Assembly: GCA_002280725.1 (NCBI GenBank)
Contig: NCEM01000008.1
Span: 28,053-92,052 of the forward strand
Direction: 5' to 3'
DNA: 64,000 nt
Origin: Alphaproteobacteria bacterium 32-64-14
GTDB taxonomy: Bacteria; Pseudomonadota; Alphaproteobacteria; Caulobacterales; Hyphomonadaceae
The notes below the pieces were generated by a model. It was not told the origin of the DNA and searched no databases. It saw nothing but the letters and a program-made list of their open reading frames with translations. This document shows, in pieces, positions 56,019 to 64,000 of this stretch. Position 1 is the first letter of the stretch. Each line of letters opens with the position of its first letter. The position numbers and the translations under genes are program-made.

Positions 56019-56104
56019 ACGGCGGTCGATCTTTGCGGCGCAACCAGCCTAGCCGCCCGCTCCCTCAAATTGCAACCTGTTCGCAAGAAGCAAGTTGCCG
56101 CGGA

Positions 56105-56440
56105 TCAAGTCGTGTTCGTCCGTGACGCCAGAATACTGCGGACCAGGCGCATCAAGAGCCGGACGATCCCCGCCGTTGGAAATGCCACGATCGACACGTA
56201 CGCGATCATGAACATGCCGCCGATCGGCGCTGTGGACCGCACACCGTTGAAAACGGTGAGCACCACGGAGACGAACACGAACACGCTGAATGCTGCCCAG
56301 AACCCCGCCGCCTCCCAGGCCACCTTCCGGAACAGAAGCGCGAATGCGGTGGAAAGGACGAATGTGCTCCACATCACCACGGGAACCAGGATGGAGTCCG
56401 GGTGGCCGTAGATGAAAACCGCCTTTAGCCACGCCATCAC
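56105..56440 (-). CDS. Small hydrophobic membrane protein, unknown function
   Basis: 111 aa with 3-4 predicted TM segments. Coding status rests only on ORF length, hydrophobic periodicity and GC3. Confidence 0.45.
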   Translation of the reverse strand: MMAWLKAVFIYGHPDSILVPVVMWSTFVLSTAFALLFRKVAWEAAGFWAAFSVFVFVSVVLTVFNGVRSTAPIGGMFMIAYVSIVAFPTAGIVRLLMRLVRSILASRTNTT

Positions 56441-56610
56441 GACGCTCCGCGCTTCCCGCCAACAGGCCCACCCTACCCAATCCTGTACCGAAAGTGCGGC
56501 TTTTCACACTTCCGGGATCGCTTCCCCCACGTCCTTCCCTGTAATCCCGGTTTCAGCCTAGTGTCCGCCCCGACGACCGGCCTGAGAGCCGGCGCTACAC
56601 AGGGGAGAAA

Positions 56611-58056
56611 ATGTCCACACATCCGTTTACGCTCGGATCGCGCTTGGCTCTGGCCGCCGCATCCTTCGCTATCCTGGCTGCTTGCAACCCAACTGAGCCC
56701 GCCAAGCCGGCCGAACCCGCCGTCGTCGCCAAGGCGTATGACGACGCCGCCTGGCCTGCCGCCCCCGCCGCAGACACCGCCGCGCTCGGCTTCACCGCGG
56801 AAGGCCTCGCCGCGCTCGACGCACGCATGGCCAAGTCGGTCGACGACCAGGACGTCGCCGGCATGGTCTACATCCTCGGCAAGGGCGGCGACATTGCCGC
56901 CTTCGGCGCGCACGGCATCCAGTCCGGCGACCCGAAGACCGGAACGCCCATCACCAAGGACAGCCTCTTCCGCATCTACTCCATGTCGAAGCCGATCACC
57001 GGCGTCGCCATGATGCAGCTCTACGAGAAGGGCCTGTGGCAGATGGACGATCCCGTCTCCAAGCACGTGCCCGAACTCGCGGGCCTGCAGGTGCTGACGT
57101 GGAAAGACGGCAAGCCTGTGATGAAGGATGGCAAGCCCGTGCTCGCCGCCGCCTCGCACGAGCCCACGATGAAAGAGCTGATGAGCCACACCGGCGGTTT
57201 CGGCTATGGCCTGTCGGGCGATGATCCGGTCAACACCGCCTTCCGCGACACGGGCGTTCTCGCCTCCGCAAACCTCGAAGAGATGATCGGCAAGATCAAG
57301 GACATCCCCCTGATCTACGATCCGGGCACGCGCTGGTATTACTCGGTGTCGGTCGATATACAGGGCTACATCGTCCAGAAGCTCTCGGGCCAGAAGTTCG
57401 GCGACTACCTGAAAGCCAACATCTTCACCCCGCTCGGCATGAACGACACCTCGTTCTTCGTCACCGACGCCACCAAGCCGCGCTTCACCGACGTCTATCA
57501 CTGGGACAAGGACAAGTCCGCGCTCGTCGCCAACGTCGATCGCCCCGACCGTCCGGGCTTCGACAATCCGGCCCGCCTCGAATCCGGCGGCGGCGGTCTC
57601 GTCTCCTCGACGCACGACTATGCGCGCTTCGCCCAGATGTTCCTCAACAAGGGCACGCTCGGCGGCAATCAGGTCATCAAGCCTGAGACGGTCGAACTGA
57701 TGCGCACCAACGCTATCGGCGACCTGCGCCTGTACTCGGACGGCACGACCGCCAACCCGGGCCTGCCCGGCGTCGGCTTCGGCATGGACTTCGCGGTCTA
57801 TGACGACACGTCCGTCACCGGCCAGCCCTACGGCAAGGGCACGCACTACTGGGGCGGCGCCGCCGGGACGTGGTTCTGGATCGATCCCGCCAACGACCTC
57901 TTCTTCGTCGGCATGATCCAGTCGATGGGCGGCGCGCGTCCCGATGCGATGAACTATCGCAACGAGTCCGCGAAGCTGGTCTACGGCGCCCTTGCCACCG
58001 CCGCAGCCGCCCCCGCGGCTCCGGCTGACGCAGCCAAGCCCACGACCACGCCGTAA
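56611..58056 (+). CDS. Serine hydrolase (class C beta-lactamase/esterase family), lipoprotein
   Basis: Lipobox ILAAC. SxxK as SMSKPITGVAMMQL and YSV (YxN-like) further on. 481 aa. Confidence 0.85.
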   Translation: MSTHPFTLGSRLALAAASFAILAACNPTEPAKPAEPAVVAKAYDDAAWPAAPAADTAALGFTAEGLAALDARMAKSVDDQDVAGMVYILGKGGDIAAFGAHGIQSGDPKTGTPITKDSLFRIYSMSKPITGVAMMQLYEKGLWQMDDPVSKHVPELAGLQVLTWKDGKPVMKDGKPVLAAASHEPTMKELMSHTGGFGYGLSGDDPVNTAFRDTGVLASANLEEMIGKIKDIPLIYDPGTRWYYSVSVDIQGYIVQKLSGQKFGDYLKANIFTPLGMNDTSFFVTDATKPRFTDVYHWDKDKSALVANVDRPDRPGFDNPARLESGGGGLVSSTHDYARFAQMFLNKGTLGGNQVIKPETVELMRTNAIGDLRLYSDGTTANPGLPGVGFGMDFAVYDDTSVTGQPYGKGTHYWGGAAGTWFWIDPANDLFFVGMIQSMGGARPDAMNYRNESAKLVYGALATAAAAPAAPADAAKPTTTP

Positions 58057-58150
58057 GTCTAGACCGACGGAAACAGGATCGGGCGGCGTTGGGACTTGTG
58101 AACCAGCGCCGCCCTTTTCTTTTTGGGACCAACGACGACACCCACCGCTT

Positions 58151-58247
58151 GTCATCCCGGGCGAGCGTAGCGAGACCCGGGAACCATTGTGCTGGTGTCG
58201 GGGTCGAGGAATGGATCCCGGCTCGCGCTAAGCGCGTCCGGGATGAC
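58151..58247. repeat. MITE-like repeat related to family B (copy 3, variant)
   Basis: GTCATCCCGGGCGAGCGTAGCGAGACCCGGGAACC...GGATCCCGGCTCGCGCTAAGCGCGTCCGGGATGAC. Terminal inverted repeat GTCATCCCGG / CCGGGATGAC. Confidence 0.6.
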
Positions 58248-58285
58248 AAACACGAGCACAAGACACACGAGGGAGACCAACCACG

Positions 58286-59617
58286 ATGAAGCGCTCAATG
58301 ACGGCCACCCGCTTTGGAAAACTCTGGCTCGCGGCGGGCCTCGCCAGCGTACTGGCCGCCTGCACCGCAATGGAAGCGGCCGCGCCCGCAGCTACTTCGC
58401 AGGCCGCAGCTCCCGCCGCCTCGACAGCCTGGCCGGCCGCCAAGGACGTCGTCGCCACACAATCCATCTTCACGCCCGCCGGGCTTCAGGCGCTCGACGC
58501 CCGCCTCAAGGAAGCCGTCGACAAGGGCGAGGTCGCCGGCCTGCAGTATGCGCTGGTGAAGGACGGCAAGCTGATCGCGTTCAACACGTTCGGCGCGCAA
58601 GCGTATGGCGGCCCCGCCGTCACCGAGAACACCATCTTCCGCATCCGCTCGATGACGAAGCCCATCGTCGGCGTCGCGATGATGCAGCTGTGGGAGAAGG
58701 GCCTCTGGAAGCCGGAAGACCCGGTCACCAAATTCCTGCCCGAGCTTGGCAATCTCAGAGTCGCCACCAATCGCGACTCGATCACTGAAGGCCTCGTGCC
58801 GGCCACGCGCGCGCCGAACATGAACGAGGTGATGACCCACACCGCCGGCTTCGGCTACGGCCTCTCGGCGGCCTCGGCGGTCGACAAGGAGTTCCAGCGC
58901 TCCAACCCGCACGCACAGCCCAACCTGCCCGCCGCCATGAAGCGCCTCGCCGAAATCCCGCTGCTGTTCCAGCCCGGCGAACGCTGGAGCTACTCCTACG
59001 CCGTCGATGTGCAGGCCGCCGCGCTCGAGAAAATGACGGGCACGACGCTGGGCGCCTATCTCGACGCCAACGTCTTCAAGCCGCTCGGCATGAAGGACAC
59101 GGCGTTCTTCCTGTCACAGCAGGACTACGACACGCGCCTCGCCACGGTGTACCAGCGCAGCGCTGCGGGCGAGAAGGAAGCCTTCCTCGATGGCTACAGC
59201 TTCACCGTCCGCAACCATCACGAATCGGGCGGCGGCGGCCTCACCTCGACCACGCACGACTATGTCCGCTTCGCGCAGATGATTCTCAACGAGGGCACGC
59301 TGGACGGAAAGCAGATCCTCAAGCCCGGCACCGTGAAGGTGATGATGTCGAACCACATCGGCGACACCAAAGGCGTGTTCGGCGGCGCAGGCTTCGGCTG
59401 GGGCGGCGCCGTGAAACTCGCCGAACCCACCGATGCAGCGCCCGCGCCCGTGGGCACGTATGACTGGTTCGGCATCGACGGCACATGGTTCTGGATCGAT
59501 CCCGCCAACGACATCGCCTTCGTCGGCATGATCCAGCGCCGCGGCAACCCCGGCCAGGGCGCGGTGAACCTCCGCGGCGAGTCACAACAACTCGTCTACA
59601 AGGCGCTGGTGAAATAG
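58286..59617 (+). CDS. Serine hydrolase (class C beta-lactamase/esterase family), lipoprotein; paralogue of the upstream gene
   Basis: Lipobox VLAAC. SxxK as SMTKPIVGVAMMQL. Long stretches are collinear with 56611..58056 (THTAGFGYGLS, GGGGL.S..HDY.RFAQM.LN.GTL, W.WIDPANDI.FVGMIQ). Confidence 0.85.
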   Translation: MKRSMTATRFGKLWLAAGLASVLAACTAMEAAAPAATSQAAAPAASTAWPAAKDVVATQSIFTPAGLQALDARLKEAVDKGEVAGLQYALVKDGKLIAFNTFGAQAYGGPAVTENTIFRIRSMTKPIVGVAMMQLWEKGLWKPEDPVTKFLPELGNLRVATNRDSITEGLVPATRAPNMNEVMTHTAGFGYGLSAASAVDKEFQRSNPHAQPNLPAAMKRLAEIPLLFQPGERWSYSYAVDVQAAALEKMTGTTLGAYLDANVFKPLGMKDTAFFLSQQDYDTRLATVYQRSAAGEKEAFLDGYSFTVRNHHESGGGGLTSTTHDYVRFAQMILNEGTLDGKQILKPGTVKVMMSNHIGDTKGVFGGAGFGWGGAVKLAEPTDAAPAPVGTYDWFGIDGTWFWIDPANDIAFVGMIQRRGNPGQGAVNLRGESQQLVYKALVK

Positions 59618-59775
59618 CTCTCTGGACCGCCGGGCCCCTGCTTGCCTTGCCGAAGCTCAAAGAGCGCAGGCAGGCCCGGCAATCGCTGCCAAGCAGCGAC
59701 ACATCGACAGACCTTCTCCGTCACGCCGCGTCTTAGCGGCGAGACGGCGAAGGTCTCGCGATCACGCCCACCGCG

Positions 59776-59868
59776 CCTCGTCCTTCGACAGGCTCAGGAT
59801 GAGGCGCTCCAGCACCATCGCCCCATAGGCCTCATCCTGAGCCTGTCGAAGGACGAGGCCGTGCTCAC
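59776..59868. repeat. Palindromic hairpin repeat, family A copy 3
   Basis: CCTCGTCCTTCGACAGGCTCAGGATGAGGCGCT-loop-GGCCTCATCCTGAGCCTGTCGAAGGACGAGGCCGTGCTCAC. Confidence 0.7.
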
Positions 59869-60016
59869 CAGCGCTCGAAAACCGGGGAAACACCTCTCCC
59901 CAATCCGTCGGAGACCCAAAAACAATCCCGCCCGATCTCAACGCACTGGCCGCAGAATTTGTAGGATAGAGCGCCGCAGACTCCGCCGGCCCATCGGCGG
60001 AGGTACACTGCCGCGC

Positions 60017-60964
60017 ATGTTGATCATCCAGCCCGAGCCAGAGTTCGACTACGAAGGCGCCCACGCCCCGGCGTGGCAGCAGCTGCGCGACTGGATGAGC
60101 CATGCCTCACACGCCATCCGCGCCGCGCCCGCCATGCTCACGCGCGCCGACATGCCGCCGATCAAGCGCTGGCTCTTCCTTCTCGAAGCCATGCTGCGCC
60201 GCCTCGTCCTGCTCGCCGCCATCACGCTGAAGCTCGACATCGTCCCGCGCTGGAGCCGTGCGCCGCGCAACACCGGCTCCACTCCGCCAAAACCCAAACA
60301 CCAGAAGGCCGCCAACCCCAACGCCTTCCGCCTGTTCTCCGTCACGTGGCCCAAGCCGCCGCCGCGCCCCAGCATAATCCTGCTCGATGCGCCGCCGCCC
60401 GTCAGGAAACAACGCCCGCCCATCCTCACGCGCGCCTTCTTCACCTGGCAGTCGGATACGCTGCTGCGCGCCGGCGCGAAGTCCGCGCCCGCAACAGCGC
60501 CCACGCATACCCTCACGCGCCGCCCCAACGATCTGCCGCGCGAACGGCCCGAGCCCATCGACGCGGATCTCCTGCCACACGGGCAAAGGGAGATCTTCTT
60601 CCCACCGCAACTCCTCAAACAGACCGCCGGGCGCCCGCCCGGCATGCCGCTGCAAACACCGCCGATGGCGCTCGAAACCAAGGCCGAACCCGCAACGCTC
60701 CCGCGCGAGGCGATGGTCGAACGCTTCCTTGCCATCGTGAAGCTGATCGCAAAGCCGCAGCCGCTCATCGATCGCGCCGCACGCGCCATGGCGCGCTGCC
60801 GCGAGATCGCCATGCGCCTCGGCGACGCCAGGCCGCCACGCCCCAACGCGCGCATGCGCGCCCTCATCCATCCCTTCTCATCCACGCTGATCCCGCTGCA
60901 CCTCGCCGCGACCCGCGCGCTGATGCACTTCGCCGCCAGCTATCACGACCCCGACACGAGCTGA
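60017..60964 (+). CDS. Pro/Arg-rich hypothetical protein (orphan)
   Basis: 315 aa from ATG 60017 (MLIIQPEPEFDYEGAH...). Strongly GC3-biased, host-like codon choice (CTG, CGC, GCC, ATC, AAG) supports coding. No domain recognised. A hairpin CCTCGCAGC-ttg-CTGCGAGG lies about 25 nt after the stop. Confidence 0.55.
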   Translation: MLIIQPEPEFDYEGAHAPAWQQLRDWMSHASHAIRAAPAMLTRADMPPIKRWLFLLEAMLRRLVLLAAITLKLDIVPRWSRAPRNTGSTPPKPKHQKAANPNAFRLFSVTWPKPPPRPSIILLDAPPPVRKQRPPILTRAFFTWQSDTLLRAGAKSAPATAPTHTLTRRPNDLPRERPEPIDADLLPHGQREIFFPPQLLKQTAGRPPGMPLQTPPMALETKAEPATLPREAMVERFLAIVKLIAKPQPLIDRAARAMARCREIAMRLGDARPPRPNARMRALIHPFSSTLIPLHLAATRALMHFAASYHDPDTS

Positions 60965-61058
60965 CCAGGCCTCACCGCAAACCACCCGCCTCGCAGCTTG
61001 CTGCGAGGTCGCGGGCGTATCTGGACCGCCGGGCCGCGAACATAACGAAGCCCGCGCC

Positions 61059-61151
61059 GCATCCTTCGACAGGCTCAGGATGAGGCGCTCTCTCAGACAC
61101 TGGTGGAGAAGGCCTCATCCTGAGCCTGTCGAAGGACGAGGCCGTGCTCAC
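61059..61151. repeat. Palindromic hairpin repeat, family A copy 4
   Basis: GCATCCTTCGACAGGCTCAGGATGAGGCGCT-loop-GGCCTCATCCTGAGCCTGTCGAAGGACGAGGCCGTGCTCAC. Shares the 5' extension AAGCCCGCGCCGCATCC with copy 2. Confidence 0.7.
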
Positions 61152-61203
61152 AGATGCGCCGAAATACAGCGAAGGCGGTAGGGATCCCCCTCAGACGAGT
61201 CCG

Positions 61204-62160
61204 CTAAGCGTCCTTCGCCAGAAATCCCTCGGTCAAAGCATCGATCGGCGGACGGCCAATGCGCTTGATCTCCCAGCGCAACTCCACGCCCGAGTTCGCC
61301 ATCACGGCAGCGCGCACATCCTCGCCAAGACCTTCGATATCCGCCGCCGTCGCATCGCCAAGATTCAGCAGAAAGTTGCAATGCAGCTCGCTCACCTGCG
61401 CCCCGCCCCGCTTCGCCCCGCGCATCCCGGCAGCATCAACCAGCTTCCACGACGAACGCTGGTTCGGCGTGCCCGGCGGATCGGGATTGGCGAAGGTGGA
61501 GCCGCCCGTCTTCTCGCGGATCGGCTGCGTTGTCTCACGCCGCGCCTTCAGCGCCTCGATACGTTCGAGGATCGCAGCAGGCTCATCCTTCGTTCCCTCA
61601 AACACAGCCTCAAGAAAGATCAGATCCTCAGGCGCTTCCGTATGGCGATAACTGAAATGAAAATCCGCATTCCTCAGCACGACACGATTGCCACGCCGAT
61701 CCAGCGCGCGCGCTTCCACCAGCACGTCCTTCGTCTCGCTGCCATAGCAACCCGCATTCATCCGCAGCGCGCCGCCAATCGTACCGGGCACGCCGGAGAA
61801 AAATTCGAGCCCCGCAATCCCCGCATTCGCCGCCGCCACCGAGACCCGGCCATCAAGCGCGGCCGCTCCCGCAGTCACCCGCAAACCCTCAGCGCTGACC
61901 TTTCCAAACGCCGGCCCCAACCGGATCACCACGCCGGCAATGCCGCCATCGCGCACGATCACGTTGGAAGCAGCGCCAAGAACAGTGACCGGAATGATCG
62001 GATCGAGCGCCTTCAGGAAATCAGCGAGATCGTCCTCGTCCTTCGGCAGGAACAGCGCATCCGCCGGCCCGCCAACACGGAACCAGGTAAACGGCGCAAG
62101 CTGTTCGTCGGCCAGAAGCTTGCCGCGCACAGCCGGAAGGCGATCGATGAAAGTGCTCAT
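61204..62160 (-). CDS. murB: UDP-N-acetylenolpyruvoylglucosamine reductase
   Basis: 318 aa with an FAD-binding PCMH pattern ([33 protein letters not shown]) and a MurB C-domain ([22 protein letters not shown]). Confidence 0.9.
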   Translation of the reverse strand: MSTFIDRLPAVRGKLLADEQLAPFTWFRVGGPADALFLPKDEDDLADFLKALDPIIPVTVLGAASNVIVRDGGIAGVVIRLGPAFGKVSAEGLRVTAGAAALDGRVSVAAANAGIAGLEFFSGVPGTIGGALRMNAGCYGSETKDVLVEARALDRRGNRVVLRNADFHFSYRHTEAPEDLIFLEAVFEGTKDEPAAILERIEALKARRETTQPIREKTGGSTFANPDPPGTPNQRSSWKLVDAAGMRGAKRGGAQVSELHCNFLLNLGDATAADIEGLGEDVRAAVMANSGVELRWEIKRIGRPPIDALTEGFLAKDA

Positions 62161-62208
62161 GCCGCAGGGATTAGCGCGGCTAGGCGCAGGAGGCTAGCGG
62201 CCCCGCGC

Positions 62209-62964
62209 TTACCTGCAGGCGTGTTGACCGCCGACATCGAGATGGAAGTGATTCTCGTGAGCGGTATTGTAGTCCGGCCCCAGCGTCACATCGAACAGGT
62301 CGCAAGCGCGCTGGCGAATCTCACGCAGGAAATCGCCCTCGGCGCCGCTCGAACGATAATCGCCCAGCACCGTGATCTCGCGTCCATCGGCCAGCACGAA
62401 GCCAGCGACATCAATGGCCTTGGCGAAGGCGTGCTCGGAGAGCTTGTCGGTGTCGGCGACATTGCGGCACTGGAATGTGCCGAACACCTTCACCTCCTGC
62501 ACCGGCGAGCCCAGATATTTCTCGGCCGCAGGGATCACCACATGGCGCTCCCACAGGTGAAGCTTGGCGGCGAGCGCGCAGGTCATCGGCAGGTCTTTCG
62601 GCGCGCCGGGGTTCGGCTCCCACGTGGCGAGCGACGACGAAATCTCGAGCGCTTCGGAATAGCCGCACTGGCCTTCCCGCTTCGCAGGAACTTCGGTGAA
62701 GGTAACCGAGGCGGCCGAGAGCGCGTCATGGCAGATCTCGACATCGCGCGAGAGCTTCTTCAGCGCCGACGGATCAGCGAGCGCGCTGAACAGGGTGAGG
62801 TCAACGCCGGGCGGCTTGGGCGGCGGCGCCGCGAAATCGGGACGCGCGAAAGCGGCGGGGGCGGAGGTCGCCTCGGCGCTGCGCAGGTTGGCGGCGCCAA
62901 AGCCCGCACCCAGAGCGATCACGAGGCCGACGCAGGCGGCGAGAAAGGAATGCGACTTGTTCAT
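62209..62964 (-). CDS. Extensin-like C-terminal domain protein (secreted/membrane-anchored)
   Basis: MNKSHSFLAACVGLVIALGAGF anchor. C-terminal family text FQCRNVADTDKLSEHAFAKAIDVAGFVLADGREITV...FLREIRQRACDLFDVTLGPDYNTAHENHFHLD. Confidence 0.7.
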   Translation of the reverse strand: MNKSHSFLAACVGLVIALGAGFGAANLRSAEATSAPAAFARPDFAAPPPKPPGVDLTLFSALADPSALKKLSRDVEICHDALSAASVTFTEVPAKREGQCGYSEALEISSSLATWEPNPGAPKDLPMTCALAAKLHLWERHVVIPAAEKYLGSPVQEVKVFGTFQCRNVADTDKLSEHAFAKAIDVAGFVLADGREITVLGDYRSSGAEGDFLREIRQRACDLFDVTLGPDYNTAHENHFHLDVGGQHACR

Positions 62965-63115
62965 ATCAACTCGGTTGCAAGCGCGGCGCCCGGACACCGC
63001 CGTCGAGCGACCATGAAAAGCGCTCGCGAGGTTACCGACAGCCTAACGGGCCGGCGGCTTTCCAACTCTTAAGGCTGGACCGAGGCGCCGTGTTAACCAT
63101 CCAAGTGGCTGTGAC

Positions 63116-64000
63116 TCAAACCTTCTTCAACTCGTCGGCGAGCGAATTGGCATGAGACGTGATGTCGCCTGCGCCGAGGCAGACAATCATTTCGGTGCCG
63201 GTCTTGACCGATTTGCGGATCTCGGCGGGAAGGTCCGACAGGCTGTCGATCGTCCGCGCGGCGCGGTGGCCGTGGTTAATCAGCTCCTTGACGAGCGTTT
63301 CATGGCTGACGCCGTCGATGGGCTGTTCGCCCGCCGCATAGACCGGCGCGACGATCACTTCGTCCGCATCGTTGAGGCAGGTCGCGAACTGCTCGAACAG
63401 GTCGCGCAGGCGCGTGTAACGGTGCGGCTGCACGACGGCGATGACGCGCTTGTCACGACCCTGCACATCGCGCGCAGCTTTCAGCACGGCGGCGATCTCG
63501 ACGGGGTGGTGGCCATAGTCGTCGATGATGCGCACGCCGTTCCAGTCGCCCACCGGCGTGAAGCGCCGCTTGACGCCGCCGAACTTCAGGAGCGCTGCGC
63601 GGATCTGTTCTTCCGTCCCGCCCAGCTCCCGCGCGACCGCGATGGCGGCGAGCGAGTTCTGCACGTTGTGACGGCCGGCCATCGGAAGCTTGAGGCCCAC
63701 CCAGCGCGTCTGATCCGTCTCGCCGCGCGCACGCAGGACGAGATCGAAGGTTGCGCCGTCTGCTTCGGAACGAACATTGACGGCCCACAGATCGGATTGC
63801 GGATTGAAGCCATACGTAATGCGGCGGCGATCCGGAATGCGCGAGGCCAGCGCCTGCACTTCGGGATGATCAGCGCAGAGCACGGCGAAGCCATAGAACG
63901 GCAGGTTCTCGACGAAGGTGTCGAAGCCTTTGCGCAGCGCCTCCATGGAGCCGTAATGGTCCATGTGCTCGGGATCTATGTTGGTGACGATGCAGACGGT
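63116..64000 (-). CDS. murC: UDP-N-acetylmuramate--L-alanine ligase; 5' part lies outside the window
   Basis: C-terminal two-thirds of MurC (FYGFAVLCADHPEVQAL, GRHNVQNSLAAIAVARELG, IDDYGHHPVEI, VVQPHRYTR). The reading frame continues past 64000. Confidence 0.9.
   Translation of the reverse strand, partial: TVCIVTNIDPEHMDHYGSMEALRKGFDTFVENLPFYGFAVLCADHPEVQALASRIPDRRRITYGFNPQSDLWAVNVRSEADGATFDLVLRARGETDQTRWVGLKLPMAGRHNVQNSLAAIAVARELGGTEEQIRAALLKFGGVKRRFTPVGDWNGVRIIDDYGHHPVEIAAVLKAARDVQGRDKRVIAVVQPHRYTRLRDLFEQFATCLNDADEVIVAPVYAAGEQPIDGVSHETLVKELINHGHRAARTIDSLSDLPAEIRKSVKTGTEMIVCLGAGDITSHANSLADELKKV

Overview
GC-rich chromosomal segment with alphaproteobacterial gene content, closest in style to Caulobacterales or Hyphomonadaceae: a Caulobacter-type pilA-cpa locus order, NodT/MacAB efflux genes and alphaproteobacterial REP/MITE-like hairpin repeats. 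All calls come from reading the supplied translations and the DNA by eye; no searches were run. About 55 protein genes are packed tightly. I recognised no rRNA, tRNA, CRISPR array, transposase or integrase.

Gene content from left to right:
- RND efflux pair (partial acrB-like pump plus adaptor) with a divergent TetR regulator.
- An exported protein of unknown function, an orphan RusA-like resolvase and a 2OG-Fe(II) oxygenase.
- fumC and a long acyl-CoA dehydrogenase.
- A sodium:solute symporter preceded by a MalK-like ABC ATPase whose catalytic motifs are all degenerate.
- A four-gene MacA/MacB-ATPase/MacB-permease/NodT efflux operon.
- An ACE-like M2 metallopeptidase lipoprotein, a VOC protein and a cytochrome-c/PQQ quinohemoprotein dehydrogenase.
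- A complete core Tad/Flp pilus locus: flp, cpaA-F, tadB, tadC.
- A UMF1-type MFS transporter, AMP nucleosidase, a CASTOR/POLLUX-like channel and a YqjD/YqjE-like pair.
- A class I ribonucleotide reductase locus in which nrdA is intact but nrdB is broken by an internal deletion plus frameshift. An outer-membrane protein gene and a MITE sit between the two genes.
- An amidohydrolase, then a TonB-dependent receptor with a beta-propeller phytase.
- HAD hydrolase, ohrR-ohr, PEBP, soluble PQQ sugar dehydrogenase, a signal-peptide MsrA and YbaN.
- Two tandem lipoprotein serine hydrolases and an orphan Pro-rich gene bracketed by hairpin repeats.
- The murC / extensin-like / murB end of a dcw cluster.

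Most interesting points:
1. The disrupted nrdB.
2. The catalytically dead ABC ATPase paired with a symporter.
3. Two families of intergenic palindromic repeats that coincide with synteny breaks.
4. A GANTC-rich tandem repeat in the AT-rich flp control region.
5. A roughly 170-aa low-complexity insertion in the MacA-like adaptor.

I did not find a clear-cut, self-contained novel multi-gene system.
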